From a virus: a DNA stretch of 64,000 bases. Position 1 is the stretch's first letter. Each line of letters starts with the position of its first letter. The stretch lies in IMG/VR virus record IMGVR_UViG_3300049893_002106, positions 6,625 to 70,624 of that record. One strand, written 5' to 3'. The notes below the pieces were generated by a model, which was not told the DNA's origin, did not search any database, and saw nothing but the letters and a program-made list of their open reading frames with translations. This document shows, in pieces, positions 31,975 to 39,663 of the stretch. Position numbers and translations under genes: made by a program.

Positions 31975-32369
31975 TTGTACCCCGCAAGCATAGCATCGTA
32001 CTCATTTCTATCCATATCTCTGGAGCCTTTACGGGCTAGACCGAGCTTTGCTAAGTTAGCATCACTTAAATCTGCCAAAGAGCCTGAAGGCAACATGGCA
32101 ATATAATCACCGCCCAATATCTTAAGGATGGCTTCTGCCTCTTCTCTAGTATATTGACGCTCAGATCCCTGAATAACCCACACTGTCTTATCGTCAGCCC
32201 GAACAATCTTAATGCCTTCGATAGCTACTTTAAGTGCTTGAGCTAAACTCCCAATCTCTTTTTCCTGATCCTTAATCTTGTCTTTTAGCGCCTCTCTAGT
32301 GAAGTCAGAGAAATCGTCGCTAAAATCGTCGTCCTCATCTTCATTGTAAGTGTAATTATACGGGAACAT
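31971..32369 (-). CDS. Hypothetical protein (132 aa; acidic N-terminus, coiled coil)
   Basis: ORF, translationally coupled to neighbours. Confidence 0.65.
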   Translation of the reverse strand: MFPYNYTYNEDEDDDFSDDFSDFTREALKDKIKDQEKEIGSLAQALKVAIEGIKIVRADDKTVWVIQGSERQYTREEAEAILKILGGDYIAMLPSGSLADLSDANLAKLGLARKGSRDMDRNEYDAMLAGYK

Positions 32370-32725
32370 TATGGAGTCTCCACAAATTCTAGCCCACCTG
32401 CCGGTAGCGCAACTGGCGTATTTTCACCGTCCTTTTTAACTAAAGCAATAACTGTCAATGCACCCTGTCCGACAGGGACGGCTGAGGTTCCAATTAAGTA
32501 ACCAAATTTTTCCACGGGAACGCTTCCAGTAATCAGCCCAGAATCGGTTTCGCCTTCTTTCCACTTGACTCTCATGTGTCCAGAATGTATTCCGCTGGCG
32601 AGTCGAGATTTAAGCCACTTGCCACAAGCTTCCAGATTCTCATATTCAGAATCAGAGAGGAGCAAAGATTTTGTTGAAACTACATTATCTATTAGGTTGC
32701 AAAGTGCTATGAAATCCGGCTTCAT
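32369..32725 (-). CDS. Hypothetical protein (118 aa)
   Basis: ORF with GGGGA RBS. Confidence 0.65.
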   Translation of the reverse strand: MKPDFIALCNLIDNVVSTKSLLLSDSEYENLEACGKWLKSRLASGIHSGHMRVKWKEGETDSGLITGSVPVEKFGYLIGTSAVPVGQGALTVIALVKKDGENTPVALPAGGLEFVETP

Positions 32726-32735
32726 ATATCCCCGC

Positions 32736-33191
32736 TTAAGCTGCGAATAAGGTATTTAAGTGTTTTTCCCAGTCAAGGAAAAAGGTATCTGGATTATCCA
32801 AATAAGTGTTCATTATTTTCAAGCCATCATTTTCATGTTCCTTGTTAAGGATGCAATGACCGGCTTCATGGTAAATAACAACCTTAAGCATCGCCATATC
32901 CTGGCGAAGTGCATTGTTCAGTAATATGCGTCTTGAATTTGGAACATTGTCTATTAGAGGGTTCTTTACACAAACCCCCAATATATCCTCACCGAGATCT
33001 ACAAAAACAACTTCCCCTAGAATACTATCGTCGATATGTAAGCCTCTAGCTTTTCCGTCACTTAGAAAAGAGTCAAGATCAGGCTTGGCCTGAGGGTCTA
33101 TATATTTAAAGATAGAAAAAGAGAAAACTACCGTCCAGACAGTCACAGCAATAAGTCTTAACAGGAGATAATTATAAAATAACGCTCTCAT
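32736..33191 (-). CDS. Membrane-anchored zincin-like metallopeptidase (151 aa)
   Basis: N-terminal TM helix; LGVC...IYHEAGHCILNKEH...IMN (HExxHxxxxxxH plus Met-turn). Confidence 0.75.
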   Translation of the reverse strand: MRALFYNYLLLRLIAVTVWTVVFSFSIFKYIDPQAKPDLDSFLSDGKARGLHIDDSILGEVVFVDLGEDILGVCVKNPLIDNVPNSRRILLNNALRQDMAMLKVVIYHEAGHCILNKEHENDGLKIMNTYLDNPDTFFLDWEKHLNTLFAA

Positions 33192-33565
33192 GCTTTAGAT
33201 TTTTTCTTTTTTGAAGACTTATCCTGCGATTGAGCTTTTTCTTCTTTAACTTCTTCTTGAGACTCTGCCTTGGCTTCTACTTTTGGGGAAGCAGCTTCAA
33301 GTTCAAGGACGGCTTGCCAGATTGGTTTGCCGTTAAGTTTCACTTCTTTCTCTTCTCCAGTTTTGACATGACGAACCTTTGCAACATCACCGTCTACATG
33401 AAGAACCGTCCAAGTATTTTTCATTTTATTTCCACAAATGGCACAAGATTTATCGGGAGATTTGTTGTGCCGAATACAAATAATCTCCGCTGGCCGCATC
33501 TCTTCTGGCGGCCTACCATATATCTTGCCAGAAGTTAGGTCTAAATACAACCTTGGTGGTTTCAT
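33188..33565 (-). CDS. Hypothetical protein (125 aa) with possible Zn site and basic tail
   Basis: CIRH...CAIC; KKKKSKA tail. Confidence 0.55.
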   Translation of the reverse strand: MKPPRLYLDLTSGKIYGRPPEEMRPAEIICIRHNKSPDKSCAICGNKMKNTWTVLHVDGDVAKVRHVKTGEEKEVKLNGKPIWQAVLELEAASPKVEAKAESQEEVKEEKAQSQDKSSKKKKSKA

Positions 33566-33747
33566 TTTTTATTCCCTTCTTCCTCTTCTACTAAGCTCTT
33601 GAAATCATAGAGCTTTATATATCTATCATTAATTTGCCTAAGAGTCTCAATAGACATGATAGCCTTGTTTTCGGCACTGATCTTAGCCAGCGCCTTAACT
33701 GCCTGATCTACCATTCTTTCTCTTTTTGTTAGCTTTGCCTTACTCAT
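33562..33747 (-). CDS. Hypothetical protein (61 aa)
   Basis: ORF with GAGG RBS. Confidence 0.6.
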   Translation of the reverse strand: MSKAKLTKRERMVDQAVKALAKISAENKAIMSIETLRQINDRYIKLYDFKSLVEEEEGNKK

Positions 33748-33763
33748 AAGTGCCTCACCACCA

Positions 33764-33791
33764 AAAGACAGGGCAATATTGCCCTGTCTTT
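33764..33791. terminator. Perfect 28-bp palindrome, probable intrinsic terminator after the DUF932 gene
   Basis: aaagacagggcaatattgccctgtcttt. Confidence 0.7.
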
Positions 33792-33799
33792 GAAAGAAA

Positions 33800-34771
33800 T
33801 TAAGCTGCCTTTGCCATACTAATAGCTACTTCTAAAGCATTTGCATTTTGAACTGCACCCTGACCAAACCATGTACTGTCCATACGGATAGCGGAGTCTT
33901 TGCCCTTGTAATATTGCATATATTCAATAACTGCATTATATGCTGCCCAGTAGGTGCCTTGAATGCCCTGGAGGTTATTTCCACGGCCAACTTCAAACAA
34001 AGGAATTACCTTTGCAAGAATTTTACTTTCTTGAATCTCACCATCTTCCAATACCTTGTCCTGTAGATTAAATACAACCTTGATATATTTCTTAAGATCT
34101 GCCTGATTAATCTGCTTAGAAGCAAGCAGACGATATTGTTCTGCATTGGCTTCAAATTCAGCATTGGCCAGGTTCATGATTTCACCGAGCTTCTCAAGAT
34201 TTTCAACTACTTTACCGGAGTGGCGGACTCTGATAAGCTTTGAACTGTTATTGCTAATACTAGCAGATAGGGTATTTTGGCATACAACCCGGATAGGAAC
34301 AAATCCTACACGGACTGCCATGGTTCCATCATGGCTATTGGAAAGCAACACATATTTATTTACAATATCATTACCCTTAATAACTAGAGGATCTCTATTG
34401 ATTTTAGCCAAAACCCAAATCCTTTGGCCATCACGGAGGCTACCGGCAGTCTCAAGGGTAGCAAGACCAGCTTCAAGGAAGGGATTGAAAAACTCAAAAG
34501 CCTCAATGTTTTGAAGAGGCTTGTAACCTGTCCCAACTACCCCAAGAATACGGCCATCTGATTGGCGGTAAGTGGCTACAGCAGGAACCACTTGAGCTGT
34601 ATCTACTGTCACCAGCTTTTTAACTCCAACCGACCAATCAAGGCCAGCAGCTACAATTGCCTCTCGAATACTAGGAGGATTATCTAGCTTCTGCCCAAGG
34701 CCATGCCAAGGAGCATCGCCAACATAAAACATTTGCCCTTGACCATTTTTCATTTCGATTTCGTGTGCCAT
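33800..34771 (-). CDS. DUF932 / TIGR03299-like phage-plasmid protein
   Basis: PWHGLG, AGLDW, LGVVG..YKPLQN, ETAGSLRDG, LSNSHDG, RVVCQNTL, VRH motifs; true start MAHEIE at 34771. Confidence 0.9.
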   Translation of the reverse strand: MAHEIEMKNGQGQMFYVGDAPWHGLGQKLDNPPSIREAIVAAGLDWSVGVKKLVTVDTAQVVPAVATYRQSDGRILGVVGTGYKPLQNIEAFEFFNPFLEAGLATLETAGSLRDGQRIWVLAKINRDPLVIKGNDIVNKYVLLSNSHDGTMAVRVGFVPIRVVCQNTLSASISNNSSKLIRVRHSGKVVENLEKLGEIMNLANAEFEANAEQYRLLASKQINQADLKKYIKVVFNLQDKVLEDGEIQESKILAKVIPLFEVGRGNNLQGIQGTYWAAYNAVIEYMQYYKGKDSAIRMDSTWFGQGAVQNANALEVAISMAKAA

Positions 34772-34788
34772 GGTAGCCCCCTTTAATT

Positions 34789-34806
34789 GACGACTTGATT
34801 GCCGTC
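34789..34806 (-). promoter_or_regulatory. 5'-leader stem-loop (copy 1)
   Basis: Sense GACGGC-AATCAA-GTCGTC, identical to 39609-39626, just downstream of the sigma-28 -10 box. Confidence 0.7.
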
Positions 34807-34817
34807 TTATATATCCC

Positions 34818-34844
34818 TTATCGGCATTTTTCAAAAAAACTTTA
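34818..34844 (-). promoter_or_regulatory. Sigma-28 (FliA)-type promoter 1
   Basis: TAAAGTTT-TTTTGAAAAAT-GCCGATAA, perfect consensus with 11-nt spacer, intergenic, upstream of DUF932. Confidence 0.9.
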
Positions 34845-34874
34845 GCTCTTTTTTAAGAAAAACTTATTTATTTT

Positions 34875-35168
34875 TTAAGATACTAATTTTACTGGCTCTT
34901 TTTCGTCAGGAAAATGATCGGCAATGATGCCCACTATATTGGCCAAGAAATAATTGAGGCTATACTTACTGTCGAAAGTCATAGCCCCAGACTCTACAGC
35001 CATCATCAGGTGATCCTGGTGATAAGAAAGATAGTCCAGTATTTTTGCGCGATTGATAAATACTACAGAACCTTCCTCCTTTTCCTGCAATACTTCGTCC
35101 TTTACCCTCTTAATCAGCAAAATCAAGTCCCTGACCGTCGTTTCTTTTGTTGCATCAATAAAAGTCAT
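34875..35168 (-). CDS. Hypothetical protein (97 aa)
   Basis: ORF overlapping the NIF3 gene end, RBS AGGAAG. Confidence 0.6.
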   Translation of the reverse strand: MTFIDATKETTVRDLILLIKRVKDEVLQEKEEGSVVFINRAKILDYLSYHQDHLMMAVESGAMTFDSKYSLNYFLANIVGIIADHFPDEKEPVKLVS

Positions 35169-35886
35169 TTAGTTTCTTCCTTCCTTTGAATATTTCTGTT
35201 CCAAAAACATCAATATCTAACGGTGCAATATCTACTTGAATCCCATGGGGATTTAGTATTTCCTCAAAAAGCTTCCCACCAATCCTCTCAGATAGAGTGT
35301 GGCCTATTTCTATCAAGAAATTAAACCCAGACCCTTCTGGAGAAGCAATATTTTCTCCAATAATATAGCAGTCTACTTTACTAGACCGGGCCAAGTTAGT
35401 TACCATACCACCTAAGCCAGTGCATATAGCTATAGAAGATACGACCTCTGGAGCAGAAGGGGACTTATAGACATGGCCCTTAAGTCCACCGGCAAAATCC
35501 TTAATCTTATAAACAAGATCTTCAAAAGATATAGGCTCTATTTCCCCATAAGGGCCGAGATTGTCATTAAATCTTTTGTTTGTGACTAAACCAAGATGGT
35601 CTGCCCACATATCATTTAGTCCGCCCTTCACACAATCCAGGGCGGTATGAAATATGAGCTGTGGAACACCAGTAATATATGGATGATGAGATATTAAAAG
35701 ATCATATCCTTGATCTTTAAAATATTTCACTACCTTAGGTGTAGGGGTTACACAATATAGAACTCTTTTTATTTCCAATTGAGGAGGGACATGAAAAGCA
35801 CCATAAGGCTCTCCTTCAGTTCCACTCCAGGTATTTGTCGGTGGAATGCGCTTTAAGCACATCTCAATAACGTCTGAGGCTTTCAT
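35155..35886 (-). CDS. NIF3/YbgI (DUF34) dinuclear metal-centre protein
   Basis: LLISHHP, HTALD..GGLND, IAICTGLG, YIIGE, EIGHTLSE motifs; true start MKASDV at 35886 after AGGAGG. Confidence 0.85.
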   Translation of the reverse strand: MKASDVIEMCLKRIPPTNTWSGTEGEPYGAFHVPPQLEIKRVLYCVTPTPKVVKYFKDQGYDLLISHHPYITGVPQLIFHTALDCVKGGLNDMWADHLGLVTNKRFNDNLGPYGEIEPISFEDLVYKIKDFAGGLKGHVYKSPSAPEVVSSIAICTGLGGMVTNLARSSKVDCYIIGENIASPEGSGFNFLIEIGHTLSERIGGKLFEEILNPHGIQVDIAPLDIDVFGTEIFKGRKKLNDFY

Positions 35887-35909
35887 ATTAAGCCCTCCTT
35901 CCATATTCC

Positions 35910-35936
35910 TTATCGGCATATTGAAGAAAAACTTTA
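35910..35936 (-). promoter_or_regulatory. Sigma-28 (FliA)-type promoter 2
   Basis: TAAAGTTT-TTCTTCAATAT-GCCGATAA; the TAA of the -35 box is the stop codon of the upstream gene. Confidence 0.9.
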
Positions 35937-36593
35937 GCTCTTTTTTAAATTATTTTTAACAATCTGCTTAATTTTATTCCTAAGCTTCAGAGATGCCAGG
36001 AAATATTTAAAATATTCACGAGCAGATAGACCGATCTTCATATTTTTATATAAATAAGCTATTCCATCTACCAGATACGCTTGGGCTTCGTCGATAGCTA
36101 CTGACTCGTGATAGCCAAGCTCCTGTATTTTAGTAAGATATTTACCTAAATTAGGCAAAGAATTGACAATAGAGGTAGAATATTTCCTATATTCTTCAGA
36201 AAGATAAAACGTAGCGTGAGCCATTTCATGAGGTAGCGCGGTCATATATGTTCTGGCTATAGCAATAACATAAAACTCTTGCTCCAAGTCTATATTATTA
36301 GCTATCATATTAAGAACGTCTTTTTCATCTTCAGATAGAGGATTAAAATCTCCATCAAAAAATTTTTTCAATACATAGCCAGGGAAGTTGTAGCCGCCCC
36401 AATCGTTATAATAAGTCCACGCCCCATTCTGTTGTTCATACCACTTACGGTATTGGTAAACGGAAAAAACCTCCCCCTTAAACCGAGGGGACTCATAATG
36501 CTCTCCAAATCGAATTAGAGAGCGACACATTTCATTTGGGGTATCGTATACCAATACGACCACTTTTCCGATCATGCTCATTTTGAAATACAC
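35934..36593 (-). CDS. HExxH-motif protein, putative metallopeptidase (219 aa)
   Basis: LPHEMAHA plus downstream DEAQAY. Confidence 0.65.
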   Translation of the reverse strand: MYFKMSMIGKVVVLVYDTPNEMCRSLIRFGEHYESPRFKGEVFSVYQYRKWYEQQNGAWTYYNDWGGYNFPGYVLKKFFDGDFNPLSEDEKDVLNMIANNIDLEQEFYVIAIARTYMTALPHEMAHATFYLSEEYRKYSTSIVNSLPNLGKYLTKIQELGYHESVAIDEAQAYLVDGIAYLYKNMKIGLSAREYFKYFLASLKLRNKIKQIVKNNLKKS

Positions 36594-36636
36594 GATAGAC
36601 CCCGTATTAGCGGCAAATGCCCATATCGGGCATCAA

Positions 36637-36768
36637 TTAGCCGTTTGTGTTAGTAGGAGCGGTTTCTTTAGGTGTGCGAGCGCGATATTTACCGCGTTTT
36701 TGACCCTTATCCGACCGTTGCTTACGAGCTTTCTTGCCTTCTGCCTGTACTGTTGCCGTGTCTGTCAT
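36637..36768 (-). CDS. Small basic putative DNA-binding protein (43 aa)
   Basis: Below the track cutoff; AAGGAGG RBS; MTDTATVQAEGKKARKQRSDKGQKRGKYRARTPKETAPTNTNG; followed by a hairpin at 36617-36633. Confidence 0.7.
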   Translation of the reverse strand: MTDTATVQAEGKKARKQRSDKGQKRGKYRARTPKETAPTNTNG

Positions 36769-36823
36769 AAGACCTCCTTTTTAATCTAAAATAATTATTA
36801 CATTAATTATTAAACAAGTCAAG

Positions 36824-36982
36824 TTATTTTCTTTCAATAACCGGACTGGCCACCTTTTTTTTGCTTTCATAAGATCGCGGAGCCGAAGAGTCCTCTTGAG
36901 ACTTAAGAGCCTCAATAGCCTTTAGATCTTTTTTGATTTTAGCTTCCATTTTTTTATACCAAGAAAATTTACGCGAAACCAT
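36824..36982 (-). CDS. Small basic hypothetical protein (52 aa)
   Basis: Below the track cutoff; AAGGAGG RBS; MVSRKFSWYKKMEAKIKKDLK...PVIERK. Confidence 0.6.
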   Translation of the reverse strand: MVSRKFSWYKKMEAKIKKDLKAIEALKSQEDSSAPRSYESKKKVASPVIERK

Positions 36983-36994
36983 TTTATGCCCTCC

Positions 36995-37534
36995 TTAAAA
37001 ATCCTTAATTAATCTATCGTAAATATCTGAATCAATCAAGAAGTCTTTTTGATCAAGAGAAGTTTTTACTCGTTTCCCATACTTTAGAATCTCTTCGCTT
37101 ACCTTCTCTGCCTCTTTAATCCACGGCCTATCCTCTGGCGGGAGTAAAGTTGAATAAAATTCCTCTTTTGAGTCTTTAGAATCTTTCCAGTGCCAGCCTA
37201 TCTTTCCTCCCGGTGAAGACTTTCTAAGTCGATGGCTCAAGTATTGTTCTATATAGGTAAGGCTCTTTGCAATATGGGAGGTAAGCTCTTCATCGCTCAA
37301 GTCATCGAACAGTGTAACTATAAATCTCCTATCCGAAAAAGATACAAAAGAATTTCTATTACCTGGCTTTCCAAATGGAGTTTTTTTAATTACGAACTGT
37401 ACACGATTCTTCTTTAGAGAAGATGAAATTATCTGAGGCCATAAAGCATAGACTTTTTTTCTAACAATCTTTTTAAAGGATTCATCTGGCGAACTAAATC
37501 CAAGCCTATTCCATATATAAATCATGTCTATCAT
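36995..37534 (-). CDS. Hypothetical protein, degenerate zincin-like (179 aa)
   Basis: IAKSLTYIEQY...RPWIKEA resembles LAHELVHVKQY...PWEKEA phage metallopeptidases but lacks both His. Confidence 0.55.
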   Translation of the reverse strand: MIDMIYIWNRLGFSSPDESFKKIVRKKVYALWPQIISSSLKKNRVQFVIKKTPFGKPGNRNSFVSFSDRRFIVTLFDDLSDEELTSHIAKSLTYIEQYLSHRLRKSSPGGKIGWHWKDSKDSKEEFYSTLLPPEDRPWIKEAEKVSEEILKYGKRVKTSLDQKDFLIDSDIYDRLIKDF

Positions 37535-37535
37535 A

Positions 37536-37982
37536 TTATTTACCCTTTCGTATCTTCCTGTCGAGAGACAGCTTAACTTTAGCGATTGGATATTTACGGT
37601 GAACTAAAGTAGAATATATTCCCTCATCTTTGATTATTTTTTTAGCATAATTATCGCAATCAATCTCTGCCTTGTGCCCTATAGACAGCCTTTTTTGATA
37701 TTTCGCTTCGTAGACAGAGAAGTAGTATTCTTTAAATTCACCAGTAATATAGTGCATTAAGTGGCAAAGCTCGTGGGCAAGCACGAAACACTTATCTCCT
37801 TTAGTTACCCTTTTACCGTTCGGCTTCTTGGCCGTATTAATCACGATCTCTTGCCCAAAAAAAGCAATATATCCATATATATGTAAGCCCTCATCTTTTT
37901 CAATTGGCCTAAAATAAACCTTAAAACCAAACCCTTTGGCTAGTTTTGTCAGTCTTTTTAGTAAATGATCAGCTTTTGACAT
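37536..37982 (-). CDS. ImmA/IrrE-like metallopeptidase
   Basis: FVLAHELCH plus downstream EIDCDNYA; likely start MSKADH at 37982. Confidence 0.7.
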   Translation of the reverse strand: MSKADHLLKRLTKLAKGFGFKVYFRPIEKDEGLHIYGYIAFFGQEIVINTAKKPNGKRVTKGDKCFVLAHELCHLMHYITGEFKEYYFSVYEAKYQKRLSIGHKAEIDCDNYAKKIIKDEGIYSTLVHRKYPIAKVKLSLDRKIRKGK

Positions 37983-38007
37983 ATTGACTCCCTCATCATC
38001 CATATCC

Positions 38008-38034
38008 TTGTCGGCATTTTCTAAGAAAACTTTA
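38008..38034 (-). promoter_or_regulatory. Sigma-28 (FliA)-type promoter 3
   Basis: TAAAGTTT-TCTTAGAAAAT-GCCGACAA (one mismatch), A-tract upstream. Confidence 0.85.
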
Positions 38035-38051
38035 GCCCTTTTTTTAAAAAA

Positions 38052-38483
38052 TCAATTAAGAGGCTGATTCTTATGGCCATTTAAGGCTCTAACGGCAGCA
38101 GTTATCTCTTCCCAGTCCTCTTCGTCCTCTACTAAAGCCGACAGAGAGATATTACTCTTAATTAATTCGAGCCTAGTTCTAGCAACTAATTGCCTCAGGC
38201 AAGTGCGAAACTCTTCTGCCTGTCTCTTATTTGCAGAGGCCATATTGGTTGCGCTAATAAGATTAGACCTGAGTCTGTCCATTTTGATTTTTTCGGAGAT
38301 CAACAGATGTCTCAGCTCATTAGTATCGGAATTGGCTTCTCCTATCCGCTTAAGATAGGAAACGTGAAGTCGATGTATTTCCAACTCTAACTCCCTTAAA
38401 CGGAGCCAAGGAAGGAAAATAAGTTTTAATTTACTTAAAACCTTCACCAATACTCCTAGCTCAATAGTTGCGTTACAAACCAC
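38052..38483 (-). CDS. Hypothetical coiled-coil protein
   Basis: ORF in operon; start uncertain. Confidence 0.55.
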   Translation of the reverse strand: MVCNATIELGVLVKVLSKLKLIFLPWLRLRELELEIHRLHVSYLKRIGEANSDTNELRHLLISEKIKMDRLRSNLISATNMASANKRQAEEFRTCLRQLVARTRLELIKSNISLSALVEDEEDWEEITAAVRALNGHKNQPLN

Positions 38484-38995
38484 ACTCCATTGATTTGGAA
38501 AGGACTTCCATTGCTGACGTTAGAAGAGATTCTCTTGAGCTGCTCACGCTCATTAAGCGGCAAGTCATTGAGGAGGGTATTGAACTTCTCCTCTTCCTCT
38601 ACTGGAACCAGAAGGGAAATGGGTGCGGAAAGAGACTTTTCCTTGAACTGTTTAGCCGCCTTAATAGCAATATCTTCATTAGACAGTGCCGCATATTCCC
38701 TAGAATCCTTAATCATAGACAGGGCATTTAGCACTTCTTCTGGAGTGGGACTGCGCCAAACCTTAACCCTAACAGTAGGGTCCGATAAGGACTCCTCAAG
38801 CTCAAAGGTAGTGCCATTATGGTGCGCCCTTGCCTGTAAGAGCTTCTTGTTTTCTTCTGTTTTCTTTCGATCTATTTCATATCCAGTTTCAATTTTGGAT
38901 GTTTCCATGATCTTCTTCCACCGAGAAGAAGTGCCAAATAGCTCCAAAGAAAGAACATCTAACTTATCGCGTAAGGCGCGTGAAACTCCAGACAT
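38456..38995 (-). CDS. Hypothetical protein (179 aa)
   Basis: ORF with AGGAG RBS. Confidence 0.65.
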   Translation of the reverse strand: MSGVSRALRDKLDVLSLELFGTSSRWKKIMETSKIETGYEIDRKKTEENKKLLQARAHHNGTTFELEESLSDPTVRVKVWRSPTPEEVLNALSMIKDSREYAALSNEDIAIKAAKQFKEKSLSAPISLLVPVEEEEKFNTLLNDLPLNEREQLKRISSNVSNGSPFQINGVWFVTQLLS

Positions 38996-39003
38996 ATTAA
39001 CTC

Positions 39004-39396
39004 CTAATTTGGCGAGTCCTTTTGAGATTCCAAGAATCTCTCTTCTTTTTCAGAGAGAGCCAAAGAAGGCTCCCTTCTTGAGAGAGTATATTCTGCGGCC
39101 TCCATACCAGTCAAGTAAAAACCGGAGTCGGTTATCTCAAAATATTCAGCCAAAGATACAGAATAATTCTGCATTATTGCCGCAGAAACCATGGCTGCCG
39201 TATTAGGCAGAAGCGAAGATCGAAGCGATAAGAACATCCTATCTAGCTCAGGACTATAAGTAAGCTTAGCTAGAAGCATATCTTGCGCTTCGTCTTTTAT
39301 AATCGCCTTATTCTGTCCAGACGGGACAAGGGACTTGCCGGAAATCTTCTTTACCGCCAATCCCAGTGCTGTCCAGTCAGGCTTATTAGGCTCCAT
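39004..39396 (-). CDS. Hypothetical protein (130 aa)
   Basis: ORF in operon. Confidence 0.65.
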   Translation of the reverse strand: MEPNKPDWTALGLAVKKISGKSLVPSGQNKAIIKDEAQDMLLAKLTYSPELDRMFLSLRSSLLPNTAAMVSAAIMQNYSVSLAEYFEITDSGFYLTGMEAAEYTLSRREPSLALSEKEERFLESQKDSPN

Positions 39397-39595
39397 GTCC
39401 TAGCCTTTTCTTAAAAACTTTCAACAAAACAAGAGACAGAGCCAGTTCCACTCCAAGGCCAATTGTTACACCAAGAAACGGATCAATAAAAAATAGATGA
39501 CTGAGACCATAAAACAAAGTAAATGATAGGAATTTATCCAGGGTGTGAGCTGCTGCTAAGGTGTGGGCATTTTTTGCATCAAAGTTAATTTTCAT
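39386..39595 (-). CDS. Small membrane protein (69 aa, two hydrophobic segments)
   Basis: True start MKINF at 39595 after AAGGAGG; hydrophobic stretches and basic C-terminus. Confidence 0.65.
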   Translation of the reverse strand: MKINFDAKNAHTLAAAHTLDKFLSFTLFYGLSHLFFIDPFLGVTIGLGVELALSLVLLKVFKKRLGHGA

Positions 39596-39608
39596 AAGTC
39601 CTCCTTGA

Positions 39609-39626
39609 GACGACTTGATTGCCGTC
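39609..39626 (-). promoter_or_regulatory. 5'-leader stem-loop (copy 2)
   Basis: Identical 18-mer to 34789-34806. Confidence 0.7.
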
Positions 39627-39636
39627 CATGAATCTC

Positions 39637-39663
39637 TTATCGGCATTTTTCAAAAAAACTTTA
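39637..39663 (-). promoter_or_regulatory. Sigma-28 (FliA)-type promoter 4
   Basis: TAAAGTTT-TTTTGAAAAAT-GCCGATAA, identical to promoter 1; -35 overlaps the upstream stop codon. Confidence 0.9.
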
